NCBI GenBank assembly: GCA_021613535.1 | Contig: CP075497.1 | Location: 12,276,001-12,340,000 of the forward strand | Source of the DNA: Adineta vaga | Taxonomy: Eukaryota; Animalia; Rotifera | Reading direction: 5' to 3' | DNA: 64,000 bases | In this document: one piece after another, positions 57,663 through 64,000 of the stretch | Position numbering within the stretch: the first letter of the stretch is position 1 | How the letters are laid out: every line of letters starts with the position of its first letter | Program-made: the position numbers and the translations under genes | The notes under the pieces: generated by a model | Databases searched by the model: none | The model's input: only the letters and a program-made list of their open reading frames with translations | What the model was told of the DNA's origin: nothing

Positions 57663-57918
57663 TAGGGGTGCAACAAATCCTAGTGAAGATTTGGATTTGG
57701 GTGTGGATTTGGATTTGTTTTATCAGATTTGGCTTTGGGTTTGGATTTGTTTTGAGAATTTGTATTTGGCTTTGGATTTGTTTTGGATTTGGATTTTGAA
57801 TTTAAACTTGTCTAATAGCAAAGTCACATGATTTCGAGACGAATGAGAACCAAACCAAATCCAAATCCAAATCTGACAAATCAAATCCAAAGCTTTGGGT
57901 TTGTTGCACCCCTAGATA
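57663..57918. mobile_element. TAGGG-type hAT-like MITE with (GGATTT)n arrays
   Basis: TIR TAGGGGTGCAACAAA / TTTGTTGCACCCCTA. 8-bp TSD GTATCACT at 57655-57662 and 57919-57926, with an extra GATA at the right end. Confidence 0.9.
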
Positions 57919-58105
57919 GTATCACTCTTCGTAATTAATAATCTTCTTATGCGTATGACATACACAATGAAAGAGATATTTACCATTTTAGATGGTTTAC
58001 GTACCACCCTCGATTGTCAACTTATTTCCTGACAATACTGTACATAAAAATGGTAAATATTGTATTCCAGAAATAAGTGTTACAATTTTCTTTTATAGTC
58101 AACAG

Positions 58106-58344
58106 CCCAGGTCTAAGAAAACGACGTCTTAAACGATGGAAAAACGGCGAAAACCGGCACTAATACGCCACCGTAATCCGTTAACCCAGAAGTGTATAGA
58201 AATACGGTGTAAAAAGATGGTCGTTTCGCTGCAAGAAACGGCCGGTCCGAAATACAGTCAAAACCAAGGCAGTAAATTGCTGTTTTCTAACAGTTTTCGA
58301 TCGTTTAAGGCGCCGTTTCCGACCGCCGGAATGATCGTCCTGGG
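58106..58344. mobile_element. CCCAGG-type MITE with 2-bp TSD
   Basis: CCCAGG...CCTGGG termini, AG on both flanks, GC-rich interior. Confidence 0.75.
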
Positions 58345-60884
58345 AGGACAGCCATTCAAATAGCTAAAACATTTAAACGAATTTCATAGGAAAACATTTG
58401 ACAATTTAGTTGAACAACGTATTCATGGTAAACGTACACATTTAGCTGTTGATCATGTATCACCAAATCGAACATATGATACAAATTCCACTGTATCAAA
58501 CGTAATACCTTATGAAGCTTTCGAAAGAATTTTGTTTTGAGAAAACACTGTTTTTTATTGTAGAAAAATAGTGAACACAATGGTTATCCTCAAATAAAAC
58601 TTTCCACGTCGACTTCTTCATTTCAATCGAATCAGTTGACTGAATTTCCATTTCAAGCTATGAGTGCAACAACCTCTTCATTTCAAATTAATCAGCTAAC
58701 AGATGAAATAGTTCAGCCTCCTCTTGCAATAGCGGGAGTATTTCAAAATTATTTACATAAAGGTGTGAGTATTTTTCGCCGGACGTATAATATGTATTCA
58801 TGACCACCCGTTGATATCATGCATATAAATATTTCCATTTTTTCATTCCCTCGTTAGTCTTCTCTCCAGTTGTCAGCATTCATTTGTTTGAGGATAATAA
58901 AATGGCTGAAAAGGAAGTAATAATCTTGAAACATGCTAAGCTGATTTCTTATTATGCTTCTAATTTATTTTATATCTGCTTTTATAGGATCAATACAGCA
59001 AATCGATTCAACCAACGGACAAGATGATAATCGAATTATTGTTGGCATACGAAAGTGGATTAGTTACTGCTGAAGAAAGTTTAGCGAAAATCAAGTCAAT
59101 AGTTGTTAAAGATAATGCAACTTCTCAATAACTTTGTGTAAAATGTTCTTTTGATTATGTGTAGTTGTTAATATGATTCTGTTAGATTTTTTCTTATGTC
59201 AAATAAAAAATTGATACTTCACATCTTTTTCCATATTCATTAGACTTAATGGTAAAATCAACATGGAAGTGCAACATAAACTTAGATACTGCAAACAAGA
59301 ATTCTTCTGATTCATCGTATAGTAATAAATTTTGTTTATTTGATCTACTTTGTACAGCGTAACTCTTTTCATGATACTTACGTTCGGATTGATCAAGCCA
59401 GTACTCAATGTAGCTCCGTTTCGGAAAACAATAGCAGGTCACACCACAGAACATGGGGTAGAATATTCCATTAAACAACTATATTTTTCAAAAATCATGA
59501 TAAAAGAATGAAGCATTTGTATAGAATACAGATCTGCCCTTTAGTTTCCTCAATGATTCAACTTGTATCAACGAGTTTTAATAGAATCAGCAACCTTTCA
59601 AGAACAATCGACTGTATCCTTATCCGAACTACAAATGGAACGGATATGTTTCGATATAAATGCGTTCTTTGTATGAAGTACAAGTATGAATATGTGTGTA
59701 GTTTTTTTGTACAACAATGTTGCATCTTTAGTTCCTTCTAAAATATGAACCGTTTCATAAATTTTTTATAAGTCTGAATTCGATGTTAATTGTAAATATA
59801 TACTTACGCAGAGTCTGCCTTTTCATAATATTTTCTCTTCTGAGTGTTCTCACGTCAATTCGAACGTAAAGTCATTACCAGATAACAAATGAGAATTAAC
59901 TTAATAATACGAGTTGTCGCATATTTCATAAAACAACTACCAGAATAGATTATTAAAAGAACTTTCACGTTTACTTTACGTTCTGTTTTCCCCTCAATTC
60001 TACTTATAAATGTGCATCGAATATTCAGTTGATATTTTCAATTAAGAATATTTTTATTTTTCTCTCTTGAATTAAATCAAAATATCCATCGTGTCATAAT
60101 AGCATACATCACTCGTCGTTAGTCCTCATTTTTTTCTTATGTGTACGATGAACATTATTGAAGAGATATGTTTCATGTAGTACTTTCAATTTAATGTTTT
60201 GGTTGTACATTTTCAACAGGACGCAGAAATGTGATTGATTACAGTATTTAAAGGGATTTTATCGAGAATTGTTTAACAAATTAGTTAAAGAACGTGAACA
60301 TTGTATATGCACATCACATTCAGTTATTAATCATGTGTTAGATTCAATATCAGAAGCAATACTTTCATGTAATATCAAATCAAACAAGACAATTAATGGA
60401 AAAAAACTTAGATTTTTTTAAATTTAAAATCTAAATGAAATTACCGATGAAGGGATTTCTTATTTAATTTCAATGATAAAGAAGAATGATATATCAATTG
60501 AAAATCTCTTGCTTGTCAGTTGCAATTTAATGGATAATAGGAAAAAGAAATTATGGAAATCCAAAAATCCAAATGAAATTTTTAGTCAGTGTGTCCGTTG
60601 TCCGTCTGTTTATACACGATAACTTTCGAAAAGACATTCAGATTGTAGGGAAATTTTCTAGACTGTTTAGTCTGATTGAGTCGGTCGTTTGTGAATTATT
60701 GGAAAAATACTGATATTTTCTTATGTTTTCTCATACACTTTTTGCAGTACACAGAACTCTTGGATAAAATTTGATGTTTTCACATTTATTTATGTTTAAA
60801 TTATTTGAAAAATGAAATGTATTTTGATATTACTTTTTTGATTATTAAGAATATTTTCATTGAAAATATAAAACTTTTTCTTAA

Positions 60885-61274
60885 CCCGTTCAAGACGGGC
60901 GGCCACTATAGTGGCCACTGATCATTTTTCAACAGTGAAACGCTATTGATTAGCGATCAGAAAAAGCTACATATGTATCATAATATACGTATCATAATGA
61001 TATATAGCTGATGTTATTTTCTTGATCAGTCATGCTTTTTTCTCTTCACGAAGATGCATTGTCTACAGTACGACTAGCAAACGGCCCAAAAAACATTCTC
61101 GTACTAAGTATGAATGTTCTGAGTGTGATGCAGGTTTATGTGTTACAAATTGTTTTCGAGAATATCATACTTTGCAATCGTATTAATAAACTTGAAGGAA
61201 GAAAAGAATAAATTAATTCTTAAATTTTCACTTCTAATGTTTTTTTCACGAAAAATAATCCGGTCTTGAATGGG
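60885..61274 (+). mobile_element. Internally deleted piggyBac element retaining the transposase C-terminal cysteine-rich domain
   Basis: TTAA on both flanks; TIR CCCGTTCAAGAC / GTCTTGAATGGG; remnant RRCIVY...RTKYECSECDAGLCVTNCFREYHT at ~61049-61186. Confidence 0.92.
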
Positions 61275-61422
61275 TTAATATTAAAAAATAATAATTGAAT
61301 TTTTTGAAAGCAAATTATATAAAACCGCCTCCGCACAATGCATCTGATAGACTATTTTTTCTGCTTTTGATTATAAAATCTTCCTTGAAGTATTTCTCTC
61401 TCTTCATTTAAACTCTTATCTT

Positions 61423-61438
61423 TTGACATATGACGGAA
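61423..61438 (+). promoter_or_regulatory. Shared upstream motif TTGACAnATGAC (TGACA plus E-box), peptide gene 1
   Basis: TTGACATATGACGGAA, ~120 bp before ATG 61560. Confidence 0.55.
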
Positions 61439-61559
61439 GTTCTTGAATTTCTTCATTTATATTTTTCTTTCTCTCAATTCTTTTTCAATATACATTTGTG
61501 TTTTCATTACTTTCTACATCACACATATATTAACATTTGAATACGAACAAACTAGAAAA

Positions 61560-61871
61560 ATGTTCACCTCAACTGGTTTATATGTGATGTTATTTACATT
61601 GACATGTCTTGTTTTATTCAATTCCGTTTTTACAATGCCAACTGATGTCGAAGAACAAGATCAAAAACGATCAATTGGAAATTTATTTGAACAATCTGGT
61701 ATGGATCATGATTATGTTGTAGTGAATCAGCCAAATAATGATAATGATAATGATAATCATGTGGTTTTTCAAAAACGAAGAGAAATGAAACGAAAATGGG
61801 CGAAATTTTTCCAAGGAGCTGATTCTCCCTATGCTATTGCATTTCCTGCTTTAATTCGTTCACGTCGATAG
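61560..61871 (+). CDS. Secreted prepropeptide (neuropeptide/hormone-like), paralog 1
   Basis: Signal peptide MFTSTGLYVMLFTLTCLVLFNSVFT; KR, KRR and KRK sites; C-terminal WAKFFQGADSPYAIAFPALIRSRR. Confidence 0.85.
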   Translation: MFTSTGLYVMLFTLTCLVLFNSVFTMPTDVEEQDQKRSIGNLFEQSGMDHDYVVVNQPNNDNDNDNHVVFQKRREMKRKWAKFFQGADSPYAIAFPALIRSRR

Positions 61872-62316
61872 AATTAACAAGAACAGTGTGAATGCTTATG
61901 TGAAGACACTAAAATACAATACTTCTGTTCCTATGATTCTTCTAATTATGAATAAATAAAACCGAAAGAGATTTGTTTGTCTTTATATCAATAGAAATCC
62001 CATGAGATTTATATAAAATGAATAGATAAAAGAATCTATCGAGATAACAATTGACTAAATCTTCAATTATATTATCACTGAATTGAGCTATATACTCGAT
62101 GACAAGTTCATTTAGATATACAATCTCTGATTTGAGTATAATTAAGTTTTCTTATTGATAATTCACACTGAAACAGCTTTCATGGTATAGTGTATTCAAA
62201 TGCCTAAATGAATACTTTCATTTAATATTCAATACACCTACGTTTTATACTTTTTGATTCATTATCATATTTGTCAGGTTTTACAAAATTGAATTTCAAG
62301 TATTTCTATGGAATCA

Positions 62317-62328
62317 TTGACAAATGAC
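62317..62328 (+). promoter_or_regulatory. Shared upstream motif, peptide gene 2
   Basis: TTGACAAATGAC, ~90 bp before ATG 62419. Confidence 0.5.
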
Positions 62329-62418
62329 ACAGCATCTTCAAATCAACTTCTCTTCTTTCTCCACATATATTTCTTCCTACTTTCCTATTAAATCGTTAGC
62401 ATTATTATTCAAACAACG

Positions 62419-62742
62419 ATGTCGAAACATATTGGTCTCTTCTGTATATTCATCGCACTAGTTTATCTCAATACTATTCTTATTCAAGTTTCCGCAACAA
62501 CAATCGATCATCCTAGTCAACCCATTGAAAGTCTACTTGACCCTGCCAATATTGATCCAGACTATTTCATTGCCAATCAACAAATGAGTTATGATGACGA
62601 TAGTGAAGCTGGCGTAGATGGTTATCGAAAAAGAAGTTTTAGAAAAAATTGGGCAAAACTATTTGAAAGATCTCAACCTCGATACACGATTGCATTTCCT
62701 GCTCTTTTACGTTCACGTCGATGGATTGAAGAAGAACAATAG
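62419..62742 (+). CDS. Secreted prepropeptide, paralog 2
   Basis: Signal peptide, acidic pro-region, RKR, then SFRKNWAKLFERSQPRYTIAFPALLRS-RR-WIEEEQ. Confidence 0.85.
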   Translation: MSKHIGLFCIFIALVYLNTILIQVSATTIDHPSQPIESLLDPANIDPDYFIANQQMSYDDDSEAGVDGYRKRSFRKNWAKLFERSQPRYTIAFPALLRSRRWIEEEQ

Positions 62743-63261
62743 GATCAATATGAATACATCAATAGATAAATTGAGATTTTGAATCATGTCCTTGATGAAT
62801 TTAAACAAATAAATAATCGATTAAGATGATAAAGAAAGACATATACACAGAATGTGATGAATAAAATCGAAGTAGATTGATATTTTATATCTCAACATCT
62901 TCTAGAACATTCAATCCCTTGATAACAGTTTTCTTAACGAAAATCTATAGTATAGTTTTTTCAGATACTGTTCCTATATTTTATTTCGTATTTGCTCTGG
63001 ATATTTGGAATTGTGTCTGTACTCTTGTATAATATAATCATTTTTATCAAGATATTATAATTTATAAGTATCTCGTAGGATTCTTTCCTACAGGCACATT
63101 TTATTTTAAAATTACAATATGAACTGAATTGAGCGTAATACCTGACCCAATACGCCTACGTTTTAGAAATTCTTTTTTCTTCTTTCTTCTTTCTTCTTTA
63201 ACAAACTAATTAAAATAAAAAGTTTAATTATGTACTCTATAGTGTATTGTCCTTTTAACAG

Positions 63262-63277
63262 TTGACAGATGACGGAA
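63262..63277 (+). promoter_or_regulatory. Shared upstream motif, peptide gene 3
   Basis: TTGACAGATGACGGAA, ~130 bp before ATG 63408. Confidence 0.55.
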
Positions 63278-63407
63278 ATACTCAAAATCAACTCTTATTC
63301 ATTTTTTTCTCTTTTATCTCTTTCATTTCATATTATTCATTAGTATTTATATCATCCACCAGACTACACGTACATTTATTTATACTCTTATCGTATATAC
63401 TGAATTC

Positions 63408-63713
63408 ATGTATAAGCAAACTGGTTTTTATTTGATGGTCTTAATAGTAATATTCCTTTACTTAGCCAATTCGTTTTCTGCAACATCAACAAATGGATTA
63501 AAATTAGATCAAAAACGATCTTTTGCACTTTTATTTGGACGTTATGGTTTAGGTTCTGACACTATTTTACCTCATCGACCAGTTAATGGTAATGAAAATG
63601 ACAATATGGCGATTCCAAGAAGAAACGATATGAAAAAGAAATGGGCAAGATTCTTTCAAGGATCCCAATCACCTTATTCAATTGCATTTCCAGCACTTAT
63701 TCGTTCACGTTAA
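63408..63713 (+). CDS. Secreted prepropeptide, paralog 3
   Basis: Signal peptide; DQKRS shared with paralog 1; RR, then NDMKKKWARFFQGSQSPYSIAFPALIRSR. Confidence 0.85.
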   Translation: MYKQTGFYLMVLIVIFLYLANSFSATSTNGLKLDQKRSFALLFGRYGLGSDTILPHRPVNGNENDNMAIPRRNDMKKKWARFFQGSQSPYSIAFPALIRSR

Positions 63714-64000
63714 CACATCAAACCATAAACAATTGTATTATTTAAATGAGATAAATACTTAATTGATTTCTTTTGTTTCTCGAAGTATATAAATCAAATA
63801 AATGAATTCAATCACTGGACGAAAATATCTACAAATTTGATTTTTATTTCTTATTAAAAACAAGTATCGCTCACAATGAAATTGACTAAATAAATAGAAA
63901 CATACTATCTAATGAAAGAAAATCATCTTGAGAGTGTAGCTGAGAGTAAAGTAGAACACTAGCATCCTCATCCACACCGTACCATTATCTAGTGTACAAT

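Noticed and set aside
57681-57895. (GGATTT)n / (AAATCC)n arrays as telomeric repeat or CRISPR, and ORF 57580-57831
   Set aside because: Degenerate hexamers confined between MITE TIRs, with no spacer structure.
58400-59750. Possible decayed gene or transposase fragments, including ORF 59194-59478
   Set aside because: No recognisable motif or consistent exon chain.

Overview
AT-rich eukaryotic (animal) DNA with many ~50-60 bp GT-AG introns. Gene content and style suggest a bdelloid rotifer, which is an inference. (1) 1-8.1 kb: an intronless phosphotransferase resembling bacterial type II homoserine kinases/APH, then a tightly packed + strand run of a RING-less BRCA1-type tandem-BRCT gene, RPP25-like, LMBRD2 and a synaptobrevin. 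(2) 8-19 kb: repeat-rich, with a pseudogenised copy of the LMBRD2 3' end plus synaptobrevin, several MITEs, and a 1.65-kb foldback element with ~633-bp near-perfect arms. (3) 19-39 kb: a degenerate Kv-channel-like gene, a death-domain gene, a CD225/dispanin, a long F-box gene and a putative Cys-His deamidase. (4) 39.9-52.3 kb: a BLM-type RecQ helicase with an in-frame N-terminal RING finger, two tandem internally deleted RecQ copies alternating with small membrane-protein genes, SKP1, RFWD3 and a divergent truncated SKP1. (5) 52.8-64 kb: ZDHHC palmitoyltransferase, RPL31, a PRDM8/ZNF488-type zinc finger, transposon relics, and three tandem prepropeptide genes sharing an unrecognised C-terminal peptide and an upstream motif. 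The best candidates for new biology are the RING-BLM with its truncated copies, the prepropeptide family, the putative deamidase and the Kv-like subunit. All calls come from manual reading; no database searches were run.
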